A stretch of DNA of 63,279 nt, filler included, from Octopus bimaculoides (lineage: Eukaryota), in the NCBI RefSeq assembly GCF_001194135.2. It is 7 parts of 4 records of this genome, joined end to end, with 100 filler letters (N's around TTAATTAATTAA, not from the genome) between each part and the next. Parts side by side here need not be neighbours in the genome. Positions count along the whole stretch, not along the records: positions 38,718 to 52,325 come from NC_068982.1; 6 more parts are not named here. One strand, 5' to 3'. Under the pieces are notes generated by a model. The model was given only the letters and a program-made list of their open reading frames with translations. It was not told where the DNA came from and ran no database searches. Positions within the stretch are counted from its first letter, which is position 1, and every line of letters begins with the position of its first letter. Below, in pieces: positions 39,479 through 51,246 of the stretch. The position numbers were made by a program, and so were the translations under genes.

Positions 39479-40920
39479 TTCAAAGGTTGCACAATTTATT
39501 AAATTTTTCTTTGAAAACTTTTTTCAGTGTACTCAGTCTGTTAATGGCCAGACATTCAGACAAGTATACTGGCACTGATGTAGCAATATTCGAAATTTTG
39601 TCTAGGTGAATCTAAGCCAAAGAGAAATAATCAAATTTACATTAACAAAAGTAATTTGGAAAGTTCGAAACCTAGGTCCTAGATTATCCACATCTGGGTT
39701 GTACATTTATTAAATGTTCTTCCTACAGGTAGGATGAAATCTTTTATGTTTGCTGCCCGAAAACCTCTTTGCCAGTATATATATATACAACAGTGAAGCT
39801 TTACTATAACATCATATATTACCGACTGCTATTTCCAGCAAATACTGGTTTCATTGTTGCACCACTATTCTATATTTATACTTCAACCTGATGGTGCTTT
39901 ATTTTACTGGGAAGCAATACTACTGTATTGCACTATTTAATAATTTTTCTCTGTATATATATATATGAATGTGTGTGTGTGTGTGTGTCTGTGTGTAAAT
40001 ATACATATATTACCAAAACTCTTCTTGTATCTATTAGATATCACATGTTTTTTCTACATTTGCACTTGTCTGCTATTTAATAGTTTGTTTCAAAAGTTAC
40101 TACTTTTATGTAATCACTTAGTCACTATATATATATATATATATGTGTGTGTCTGTGTGTGTATTCTAATGTATGTATGCATGTATCTATTCACATGCAC
40201 ACTTATATATTGGTTTGACTGAATTTCATTTTAAGTATTTCTTGAAATTCCACTGTAGATCTTTCTAATCTGTTTCTCAAGAACTGTTCGCTACAAGATA
40301 GTGATTGCTAAATAATTGAGAAAACCATATGAAACATATCCTCATCAGCATAAATACCTGGATATAAATTTTGCATTTAACCATTACCATTTAAAATTTT
40401 ATGACAGGACCAAATTCAACCATGTTCAAAATCCAATTACAAGTTTGAATTTCAACAATCATTTTAAAAAATGATTGATTTATATACAAGTAATTTTATG
40501 AAATGAATTTAAAATAACAGAATAATGCAATTTTATAAGTACCATGCTTGTATAATTTTAATTTCATGTTTATAGTTATGTACAAAGAGATGAGATATAA
40601 ACTAAACTATTATTTATAAACTTTATTATGTTTTCCAAAACAATAATTTGATTCTCTGAAATATTATTTGGTTTTGAATGATTACAATTGTTGATTTAAA
40701 AATCATCATCATCATCATCATTATCATCATCGACATCGTAATTGTTGTTGTCATCATCATCACCATCATCATCATCTTCGTCACCATTTAATATCTATTT
40801 TTCCATGCTTCCATGGAACCAGTGAACCAGAGGATATCACCAAGCTCCAACGTCTGCTTTGGCATGGTTTCTATGGTTGGATACCATTCCTAATGCCATC
40901 CACTTCACAAGAATAACTTT

Positions 40921-41040
40921 GAAAAAGACCTTAGGAATGAGAACCCAGGTTCAAAATTTCCCCAAGACACCTGATGAAGGCTGGAGGGTATATCAGCCGA
41001 AATGTGTTAACAACAAACAAGATGAGGACAAATATCTGTC
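40921..41040 (+). mobile_element. second, headless fragment of the hammerhead-SINE family
   Basis: CCTTAGGAATGAGAACCCAGGTTC...GACACCTGATGAAGGCTGGAGGGTATATCAGCCGAAA[del CGT]TGTGTTAACAAC matches 23671-23785; the HHR (40966-41008) lacks helix III. Confidence 0.85.
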
Positions 41041-41240
41041 AACTTGCTCTGCTATGTCAGAGGCCTTGCAACAAGGATTATCCCCCACACTTCTCTTAGC
41101 AAAGAGGAGGGTCCTGTCAGAGGGCCCTGGTTGATCTGGACAAGGTGATGTGGACTCCTTCCCCTCTCTGGTGAATTGCACAATAACTCTATTAACTGTA
41201 GAAAGCAGGATCCCAAGGTTTCTTTTGTACATGGCATGAT
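41036..41240 (-). pseudogene. Tc1-like transposase N-terminal HTH fragment
   Basis: [60 protein letters not shown] (LG..STV.R+...G....RPGRP-like). Confidence 0.7.
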
Positions 41241-41933
41241 TAAACAGTCACATATAGAACCTGAAACATAAAAATATCAATCAACAAGAAATATAAACCT
41301 TTATGAATTAGAATAAACATAAAACTGTGTTTTATGTGGTGTCTATTTACTTCTTTCATGTGTGTGTACATTAAGGGTACACATGTCTTTGGAGTGCTCA
41401 GCTACTTGCAGGTTAATTTCATGAGCAGGTTGATCCATCAATCAAATCAACTGGATCCTTCATCATCATAACCAATGGAGTGCCAGTTAATAACTATTAT
41501 TATGAGGGTTCATTCATGGCTCAGTAGTGTGGTCATTGGCTTCACTATTGTTTGCTCATCAGTTCAATTCTTGGACTGGCTGGTGTGTAGTGACTTTGAA
41601 CAATGTATTTCATTTCACAACACTTCTTTTCATTTAGCTGGAAATGGATATCAGTTACAGATGGTGGTGGTGGGGGAGGGGTTAGAGTTATAACAGACTG
41701 ACATTGATTCAAAAGCTGGTTTTGTATTCTCAGCCACTTAAAAAAATACCATTTCTGTTGTCGAAAATACATCTCATACATGGACCTACTCAGCAATTTA
41801 GAAACCACTATCTTTCTGTGAACAGTTCTTGTGAAACAGATTAGAAAAATCTTCAGTAGAATTTCAAGAAACACTTAAAATTGGAATTCAGTTTGTCAAT
41901 ATGCTTAAAAGTTTCAGGATTTTGGTTGAAGCA

Positions 41934-41987
<54 letters not shown>

Positions 41988-42564
41988 CAGAGAGAGAGAC
42001 AGAGAGAGACAGAGAGAGACAGAGAGAAGAAAGAGAGGGAAGCTTACAAAGAAAGATTAACTTTTGAAGCAAAATGCTGATATATGGCAGAGAAGTGCAA
42101 ACATAGAAAGACAGTCTGAAGCCCTGAAGATATGAGAATTGACTCTGTAATCCTGGAAGTACTTTCAGGATAAGCTTCAGCCTAAAGGCTGGATAGGATC
42201 AAGACATACTTAACTCAACTTTGCTGTTGCCATTGCATTTACGATGCACCTCTGATCAAAGTGCAGTCTCCTGCTTTCTCTTGGTACTTGACTTAAAAAC
42301 AGCCAGAGCTCGTTCTTACTTCCTGTTTGAGTGGTTAGCAACACAGGGGAGGGACATTATCATCATTATCATTATCCCCTCCTCTTTCTCCTCCTCCTCA
42401 TCATTGTCATCATTGTTATCATCATCATCCACCTCCTTGTCGTTACCACCACCACCACCACCACCACCACCTCTTCCTTTGTTACTGTGGCTGTTGACAC
42501 CACCAGCACCACCATCAGCATCAACAACAGCATAGACAACACCAGCAACACCCTCCTCATCATG

Positions 42565-42720
42565 TTACATCCACTTTCCATGCTGGCATGGGTTGGATGG
42601 TTTAACCAGACCCAACAGGTCAGAGGACTTTGTTTTGTTCAAATGTCTCTATGGTTATGTGTCCTTCCTAGCATCAGCCACTTCACTGACTGTACAGGGT
42701 GTACTTATTTTCCATGATAC
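42565..42720 (-). mobile_element. RTE-type 3' tail fragment (similar fragment at ~40790-40910)
   Basis: TTCCATGCTGGCATGGGTTGGA is the reverse complement of the LINE tail motif at ~50000, preceded by CAT/CAC repeats. Confidence 0.6.
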
Positions 42721-42805
42721 CAGCTCTAGAGAGGATGCCACGGCCCTTGGGAGAACAAAATAGTCCTCTCATCTCTACATTGTCTTTACTTAATTCACCA
42801 ATCAT

Positions 42806-43432
42806 GGAGGCACATGGCTGAGTGGTTAGAGCAGTGGACTCACAATCATGGGATTGCGGGTTCGAATCTCAGACCGGGCAATGTGTGTGCTTATGAGTGA
42901 AAACACCTAAGCTCTACGTGACTCTGGCAGAAGGTGATGGTTAACTTCTGCTGACTTTCGCCACAACTTTCTTCCACTCTTTCCTCCTACTTCTAGAAGC
43001 TCACCTGTGACCGACAGGCGTCCCATCCAGGTGGATAACCTATACACCAGTAAAACCGGGAAACCAGCCCTGATGAGCCAGGCATGACTCAAGAAGAAAC
43101 AAACAATATATATATAGATGTAGAGGCTCGTGGCTTAGTGGTTAAAGCAGCAGACTCACAGTTGAGCAGTCATGGATTCGAATCTCAGACCAGGCAATGT
43201 GTTTATGAGCAAAACACCTAAGATCCACGTGGTTCCAGCAGAAAGTAATGGTGAACTTCTGCTGACTCTTTTGTCACAACTTTCTCTCACTCTTTCCTCC
43301 TGCATCTAGGAGCTCACCTGCGACAGACCGGTGCCCCATCCGGGTGGGGAACCTATATGCAAATGAAACCAGGAAACCGGCCCTTATGAGCCAGATATGG
43401 CTCAAGAAGAAACAAACAACAACAACAGCAAC
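42806..43432 (+). mobile_element. head-to-tail dimer of family B SINE inside one TSD
   Basis: Copies at 42806-~43105 and 43122-~43430; 13-bp direct repeat AATTCACCAATCA at 42792-42804 and 43433-43445. Confidence 0.8.
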
Positions 43433-44479
43433 AATTCACCAATCACTTGAAAATGTGAAGTGCGTGTTTTTCTTGTTATGTTACTAGCATCAGTAAGGTC
43501 ACCTTGTAACTCACAAGGCTTAAGTAACCCGCAGCAGAAAGGGAAACCAGGAGAGAGAGAGAGAAATGACTTTAGGTGAGACATTGAAAGAAGTTAGAGC
43601 ATGGTAGGAAGGAACAATGTATTCCTTGCTATGGGGGTGGGGTTGATTGTGGAAGGTGCAATAGGGGAGGTAGTGTCAGAGGGTGAATAATAATGGAACA
43701 GAGAGAGTAAAGATGAAGGGGAAAGAGTAGTTACTTGAGAGAAAAAGAGAGAAAGAGAGAGTGTGTGTGTGTGTTAAGGTAATCCTGCAATGGAAATATT
43801 TGTCTCCAGCAAATAAACTATCTTACCTATGTAAATATGGAAAAATGAATAGTAAAGAAAAAGCAAAAAGCATCGATTGGTTCATTTCTACAAAAAAAAA
43901 TTTCTGTGAAATCAAAGTTGAAACTTCATATATTACGAGTGCTTTTAATCAAATAAAACATGAAAATGCCCTGGCTAATCTCCAAACCTCTGAATTGCTT
44001 TGATTGGCAACTTTTCAGTAGCTGTTCATTGTAGCATGAATAGAGGGAGCCTTTTCCAGCCTAAATGAGATATATCAACTGAGTTATTTCCAAACAGTCA
44101 GTCTATCTTCTCAATTTTCTTTGTCTTTTTTTTCTCTATCACATCTAAATTTATATAACCATGTTCTTCTCATGCTATTCAACATCTCACTTCTACTCCA
44201 AGCACCAAGAATTCACACATTGAATAATTCTCAAATATGTTATACTTCCTCTAAGAAATAATGATTTCCAAGACACATGGCAATGAGCTGTTAGGAATTT
44301 GCTCACATTTAATAACAAATTTCAACCAAATATTATTTACTCATTTCCAGGAAATCTCCATTTTCTCTTGAATAACACTTCACAGAAGTATTTTGGCTTT
44401 TATAGATGACATTGAACTATTACAGCAGAGTTAAAATGTACTTTAATCCTGAAGAAGCACTGAAAGCTAAATCTACTTT

Positions 44480-44767
44480 GTTGCTTGTTTGTTCCTTCTC
44501 AAGCCATGCCTGGCCCCTAAGGGCCAGTTTCCCAGTTTCCTTGGTGTATAGGTTCCCCACCTGAACAGGACGCCAGTCAGTCACAGGTGAGCTGCTAGAT
44601 GCAAGAGTGAGGGAAAGTTGTGGCAAAAGAGTCAGCAGAAATTTACCATTACCTTCTACTGGAGCCACGTGGAGCTTAGGTTTTTCACTCATAAGCACAC
44701 ACATCGACCAGTCTGAGATTTGAACCCACAATCCCTCTGCTCTAACCACTATGCCATGTGCCTCCAC
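44480..44767 (-). mobile_element. full-length family B SINE
   Basis: 11-bp TSD AAATCTACTTT at 44469-44479 and 44768-44778; A- and B-boxes in the head; AAAC-repeat tail. Confidence 0.88.
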
Positions 44768-45109
44768 AAATCTACTTTACTATACCTTAAATGTTAGAGT
44801 ACGCCTGAGAATATTTAGACAAACATGAGTGAACTGCTACAAGATTTCTTGACCTAATAGACATAGAAGCCAAATTCCTCTCAAGCCACACCCTGCCAAA
44901 CTAAAAACTGAAAGACACATTGTCATAAAATAAGACGAGATGATCATTGATGGCTTTAATCATAGACCTGGTTAATCAGTGCTGACCAGGTTAAACAATA
45001 ATAATAACACCAAGACAGACAATTCTAGTGTACTTACTGACTCAAATTTCAAGTTCAGATGAGTTGTGTATCTCTGTTCTATATTAACTGTAATGAAAAG
45101 AGGTTTTAA

Positions 45110-45490
45110 TAGAATGGAGCAGTGTTGATGCCCTTCATAGATTTTTTGAAGCCAGTGAGATTGGTGCTGTTAATATTACTCTTGAATAATTACAGGGTGA
45201 AGGCTACAGGAAAAGATTGGCAAGGAGTGAACAGCAGGGGCCAATACTCTAGAGAGGAACAACTGAGCAAAGTATTTAGTACATGCTATGGAAGTGAGGG
45301 GTGGGGACAATAGAGAGAAGAAAAGAAGGAGAGTGTCAGAAATACAGAGATAGCATGAGACCAACCAATGCCTAAGAGCAGAACTTTCTGTAATAGCAGT
45401 AGTAGTGACAGAGTGAAGAGATAACATATCTGGGTAGAGGCTGGACCATGGTCCTAGATGCCAATACCACATAAACATGTAAATCATTTT
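45110..45490 (-). pseudogene. possible L2/CR1-group LINE 3' remnant
   Basis: CTKYFAQLFLSRVLAPAVHSLP...NLTGFKKS loosely resembles the RT...F.R....WNSLP...NL..FK end of these ORFs. Confidence 0.35.
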
Positions 45491-45589
45491 TGTTTCTCTT
45501 CCTTCTAACATTTATGGCACCAAACTGTCGTTTTGGTGCTTCTCACTAATTTTTTGTCTGGTCTTTCTTTTTGTTATCTCTGATATTGG

Positions 45590-46220
45590 TTTCTAATTTT
45601 GGCACAAAGCCAGCATGTTGGCTGGAGGGGATAAATCAATTACATTGATCCAGTGTTCAACTGGTGCTTCTTTTATAAACCCCAAAAGGATAAAAAGCAA
45701 AGACGACCTCAGCAGAATTTGAACTCAGAACGTAAAGACAGACAAAATGCCGCTTAATATTTTTGCCCAACTTGCTGCCCTAAGCAAAATAATAACATCA
45801 GTTTCAAATTTTGGCACAAAGCCAGCAGTTTCAGAAAAGGGATTTAAGTCAATTACATCGACCCCTGTGTTCAGCTGGTATTTATTTTATCAACCCTGAA
45901 AGGATAAAAATCAAAGATAACCTCAGCAGAATTTGAACTCAGAACGTAAAGACAGACAAAATGCTGCTTAATATTTTTGCCCAACTTGCTGCCCTAAGCA
46001 AAATAATAACATCAGTTTCAAATTTTGGCACAAAGCCAGCAGTTTCAGAAAAGGGGTTAAGTTAATTACATTGACCCCTGTGTTCAGCTGGTATTTATTT
46101 TATCAACCCTGAAAGGATAAAAATCAAAGATAACCTCAGCAGAATTTGAACTCAGAATGTAAAGACCGATGAAATGCTGCTAAGCATTTTGCCTGGCCTG
46201 CTAATGATTCTGCCAGCCTG
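45590..46220 (-). repeat. family C SINE segments with a recent ~213-bp tandem duplication
   Basis: CCTCAGCAGAATTTGAACTCAGAA recurs at 45707, 45921 and 46134 with near-identical intervening sequence. Confidence 0.85.
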
Positions 46221-46477
46221 ATTCCTTTGTTATCTCTAACATTACGTTCTTAGAGTCTTAGCAAGAAACATTAACTTGTAACCTTTCAGACGGAGTATTA
46301 ACTCCACTTAGCCGTTCCATTCCACTAGAAATGATGCCAGAGTTTCCATGAATTTTTGTGTATCTACTTTAAATTAACATTAATATCCCCTGTGTTTCAT
46401 AATATGCTTACAGAATAATGAAATACCAAATTTTAGAGTAAACAAAACTTAAGCACGTTTGTGTTTCATATTTAAAT

Positions 46478-46785
46478 GGTGAAGGCACGTGGCTTAGAGG
46501 TCTGAGTATTTGGCTCACTATCATAAAGCCGTGAGTTCAATTCCCAGCAGCACATTGAGTCCTTCAGCAAGACAATTTATTTCATATTGCTCCAGGCTTT
46601 TCAACTGGCAAAATTGGGTTCCACCTGTATTTCAAAGGTTTAGCTTTGTCGCATTCTGTATTACACTGAATCCTCTTGAGAACTACATTAAAAGCATGTA
46701 TGTATGTGGAGTACTCAACCACTCACGCATTAATTTCACAAATATCTTGTTCTGTTATCGGGTCAACTGGGATGCTCATTGTCGC
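46478..46785 (+). mobile_element. degenerate tRNA-derived SINE (family D here)
   Basis: GGTGAAGGCACGTGGCTTAGAGG...GTGAGTTCAATTCCC head; tail motif shared with ~41375-41490. Confidence 0.6.
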
Positions 46786-46786
46786 T

Positions 46787-46984
46787 CTTTTACTTGTTTC
46801 AGTTATTTGACTGCAGCCATGCTGGAGCACCGCCTTTAGTTGAGCAAATCAACACCAGGACTTATTCTTTGTAAGCCTAGTACTTATTCTATCGGTCTCT
46901 TTTGCCAAACCACTAAGTTACAGGGATGTAAACACACCACCATCGACTGTCAAGTGATGTTGGGGGACGAACACAGACACACAA

Positions 46985-47033
<49 letters not shown>

Positions 47034-47197
47034 CATATATACGATGGACTTCTATCAGTTTCCATCTACCAAATCCACTCACAAGGCTTTGGTCGGCCCG
47101 AGGCTATAGTAGAAGACACTTGCCCAAGGTGCCATGCAGTAGGACTGAACCCGGAGCCATGTGGTTGAGAAGCAAGCTACTTACCACACAGCCATGC
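46787..47197 (-). mobile_element. full-length family A SINE with internal CA/TA microsatellite
   Basis: Both halves are present around the microsatellite. Confidence 0.88.
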
Positions 47198-48089
47198 ATA
47201 CGCCATACATTCTCTCTGTTTATGTTATGTTTATAAATAAAGAAAACGTGTATCAGTGTATAAACTATGTTAGCAACATGTTTTTGTCTCTTTCCTGATT
47301 CCCATTGTTGATTGTACAGTTGTAATGGTATCAAACACTACATAATCATAAAGGAAACTTTACTTTATATTGAATTTCTTTTCATTAGATTCTAAGTCAA
47401 TATTTGTTGTTGGAAAGGAAGAGGGGATGAATCTAATTATACACCACAGAGAGAGAGAGTAAAGGTATGGAGGTCAGTGGAATGTAAGGTAAAGTGAAAG
47501 TTAACCCTAGCAGAACATAAACTTGGAAGAGTGAAATACTGAAATAGCTACAGTAATCTATCTTGTCAAACTAATTACTCCGTATTAATCATCTCAGCTG
47601 CTCTCTATTTTACTTGGCCGCTGATAAGCTAATTCTGGAGCCAACTAAATAGATCTGAAACTTCTTCAGCCCTTTCTGAACTATATTTCGTGTGAATAGA
47701 ATGCCTCTGTGTTAGGAAAGGTGGAGGTGACGAGCGGAAAATTTACAATATTATTCATATCATAACTAAATGATTTAATTCAAATTTTAAAACTTTAATG
47801 AGAGTCTCAGACATGTTTCTATTAATAGGGTAATAACCATACATTGTTTGTACATTCTGATAATGTTCCTCAACTGCAACCTCATAATGTCTGGAATTGT
47901 CATCTTTCACATTCTGTTGGCAGTTCATTCTGTATCAGTTATCTTCTATCAGTCCTCCCTCAACCCTAGTTATTCATATACCAACAATACAACTCACTGT
48001 GTCTTTTCATTCCTCAAAACCATCATGTGTATATTACTAGCATCCATAAATCCCTAATAGATTCCCATCTCATTACTGAACAATGCCAA

Positions 48090-49265
48090 AGCACTCCAGT
48101 AACTAATTTAATTTAACCAAGATGATCTCATGGAACAACTTCCATAACACAAGAGATTAAATGAACTCAAATTGTCTCACAGAACAACAAACTAACGATC
48201 AAGTGGCTAATTTAGTTTCAATGAGACAGTCTCATTAATAATACTATAACACATGAGTAACTGATATAAGTTCACTGAAGTGATCTAATTAAACAATATC
48301 ATAGCACTAAAATGACTAAATTCATTTCACTAATGTGGTCTAATTAAACAAGACTGTTATAATAATGCGAGTAATTTAATTTATTGAAAGTGGACATCAG
48401 GAAGTATACTTATAACACTAAAGTTATTAATTTAATTTCACTGAAATGGTCTAATTCAACAATACAATAACATACAAATGACTAATTTGATTTCACTAAA
48501 AATTTCCAATTAAACAAGACCGTGACACACAAGTAACTAATTTACTTTCAGCGAAATGGTCTAATTAAACTATACTATAATACTGAAGTGACTAATCTAA
48601 TTTTAGTAACATGGTCTAACAATATAATATGACAACACTGAAGTGGCTAATTCAATTTCACTAAAGTTGTCTAACAAAACCATAGCACAAAAGTAACTAA
48701 TTTACTTTCAGTGAAATGGTCTAATTAAACTATACTATAATACTGAAATGACTAATCTAATTTCAATAACATGGTCTAACAATATAATATGATAACACTG
48801 AAGTGACTAATTTATTTTCACTAAGATTGTCTGATTCAATAATAATATAGCTCACAAGTGACTAATTTAATTTCACTAGAATGGTTTAATTAAATAATAC
48901 TATAAACACATAAGTGGCTAATTAAATTTCACTAAAATGGCCTCACATGACAATATAACACTGAGGTGACTAGTGTAAATTCATTAGATTGGTCTAATTA
49001 AAAATACTATAACACGGAAGTAACTAATTTAATTTCACTAAATCAGTCTAATTAAACTATATAATAACATGCAAGTGAGTAATGTATTTTTGCTAAAATT
49101 ATCTAAGTGAACAGTACACCAACACTGAAGTAATTAATTTAATTTCATTGAAATAGTCTGATTAAACAATGCTATAAACACTAAAGTTACTAATTTGATT
49201 TGACCAAAGTTGTATAATTAAACCGTACCATAACACTGAAATGTCTAATTAAATTTCATTAAATA
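48090..49265. repeat. ~55-bp degenerate minisatellite (~21 units), resuming at ~50238-50260 and ~50652-50815
   Basis: Approximate consensus AACACTGAAGTGACTAATTTAATTTCACTAAAATGGTCTAATTAAACAATACTAT; unit starts at 48531, 48586, 48641, 48691, 48746 and 48801. Confidence 0.9.
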
Positions 49266-49271
49266 TGTTAT

Positions 49272-50058
49272 GTTAGTGTGCATACACGACAGAATAAACA
49301 CCCTGAGAGAAAAGTTGGACATAAGAATCATCAGATGTGGTCTACAAGAGAGCTGACTGTGCTGGTATGGTCATAAAATGTGTATGGATGAGGACAGCTG
49401 TGTGAAGAAGTGTTGCACTCTAATGGTGGAGGGAACCTATGTAAGTGGTAGATCCAGGAAGGCCTGGGATGAGGTGATGAAGCATGACCTTCGAGCGTTG
49501 GGCCTCATGGAGGCAATGACAAGCGATCGAGACCTTTGGAGATATGTTGTGCTTGAGAAGACCCAGTGAGCCAAGTGAGACTGTAGCTGTGGCCTGTGCC
49601 AGCGTCGCATAACCAGCCAATTTAAGAATACCTTTCAATCAGTGGGCAATATGTTGTGCTTGAGAAAACCTGTTGAGTCAAGTTAAATCACTATCATGGC
49701 CAATGCCAGTTCCATCTGACTGGCACCCATACCAGCAGCATGTAAAAAGCACCAATCGAGCGTGGTTGATTCCAGTGTCACCTGACTGTCTCCCGTGCTG
49801 GTGGCACATAAAAAGCACCATTTGAGTATGGTCGATGCCAGTGCCACCTTACTAGCCCCCATGCCAGTGGCACATAAAAAGCACCCACTACACTCTCAGA
49901 GTGGTTGGCATTAGGAAGGGCATCCAGCTGTAGAAACCTTGTCAGATCAGAATGGAGCCTGGTGCAGCCATCTCGTTCGCCACTCCTCAGTCAAATCGTC
50001 CAACCCATGTCAACATGGAAAGCAGACGTTAAACGACGACGACGACGATGATGATGAT
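49272..50058 (+). mobile_element. 5'-truncated RTE-clade LINE (ORF2 end plus 3'UTR)
   Basis: TLREKLDIRIIRCGLQES*LCWYGHKMCMDEDSCVKKC...GRSRKAWDEVMKHDL...DRDLWRYVVLEKTQ* (RL.W.GH..R...GRPR..W motif); 3'UTR with three ...GGCAC(A/G)TAAAAAGCACC-like repeats; (GAC/GAT)n tail. Confidence 0.88.
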
Positions 50059-50097
50059 TATTGTAAGGCTAAAATAGTCAGGTGACACTGGAATGAA

Positions 50098-50237
50098 CCA
50101 CGCTCGACTGGTACTTTTTACATGCTGCTGGTATGGGTGCCAGTCAGATGGTACTGGCATCGACCATGATAGTGATTTCACTTGACTCAACAGGTTTTCT
50201 CAAGCACAACATATTGCCCACTGATTGAAAGGTATTC
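50098..50237 (-). repeat. inverted copy of the RTE 3'UTR segment 49626-49765
   Basis: Reverse-complement match with only a few mismatches. Confidence 0.9.
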
Positions 50238-50244
50238 ATAACAC

Positions 50245-50449
50245 TGAAGTGACTATCTTTCATTTTCTGTCTTTTAGCCATAAGACTGCAGCTGTGGCTT
50301 TGAAGAACTTTGAGTTGAATGAATTGATTCCAGTACTCACCAATTTTTTTTAAAGCCTGGTAGTTATTCTATCAGTCTCTTTTGCTGAACTGCTAGGTTA
50401 TGGGGATGTAAATACACCAGCCCCTGTTGCAGGTGGACATACAAAGACA

Positions 50450-50490
<41 letters not shown>

Positions 50491-50650
50491 GAAGGGATTC
50501 TTTCAGTTTACATCTATCAAATCCACTCACAGAGCTTTGTTCAGCCTGAAGCTATAACAGAAAACACTTGCCCAAGGTGTCAGGCAGTGCAACTGAACCC
50601 AGAACGATGTGATTGGGAAGCAAGAATATTACCACACAACTACACCTGTG
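50245..50650 (-). mobile_element. family A SINE inserted in the minisatellite
   Basis: Body, CA tract and tRNA-like head are present. Confidence 0.8.
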
Positions 50651-51246
50651 CCTAATTCAATTTGACTAAAATAAAATGTTCTAATTAAAAAACACCATGA
50701 CACTGAAATGACTAATTTAATTTCATGAAAATGGTCTAATTGAACATGAAGTGTCTAATTTAGTTTCACTAAAGTTGTCCCTTTAAACTGTACATACAAA
50801 TGACTAATTTATTTAAGATGGTCTCCTCTGAACAAAATTTATACAATTTCCTATTTCTATATGTCTGCATTCATTATCTCTGTCAACCTTGTCCACAAAT
50901 TTTATATTTGTAGCATTGACAAACCATAGCAATGAAATTAGCATTCACCTCAGTAAAGAAAAAGTATACTTCAGATTTGAATGTATTTTTAATGCTTTAT
51001 TAGTCAAATGTGAAGTATTCTCATGTTTAGTTTGGCACCACTCTTCGAAACATTAATATTCAATGAACCAATAAAGGAACATTTGAGCTCCAAAGCAGTT
51101 CGTAAGTTAAGGTGAGGTATTAAGCCACTGTCATATCTCATTTGTCCTTATTCTTTTATTCTTTTATTCTCTTTACGGTTTCACTTGTAGGACTACAACC
51201 ATACTGGAGCACTGCTTATTGGTAATAATGTGTCGATATTATTGTC

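Larger units (their letters stand above)
38801..39880. mobile_element. foldback/MITE-like element with ~285-bp imperfect inverted arms
   Basis: 38801-39087 mirrors 39588-39880, e.g. TGTACAACCCAGATGTAGATAATCTTGGACCTAGGTTTCGAACTTTCCAAATTAC versus its reverse complement. Confidence 0.8.

Noticed and set aside
43070-43100. CUGAUGAG...CUC at the family B SINE end
   Set aside because: The other copy reads CTTATGAG and no GAAA/helix III follows; probably a LINE-derived 3' hairpin.
48090-49265. CRISPR-like regular array
   Set aside because: Contiguous degenerate units without unique spacers; no cas genes; eukaryotic context.
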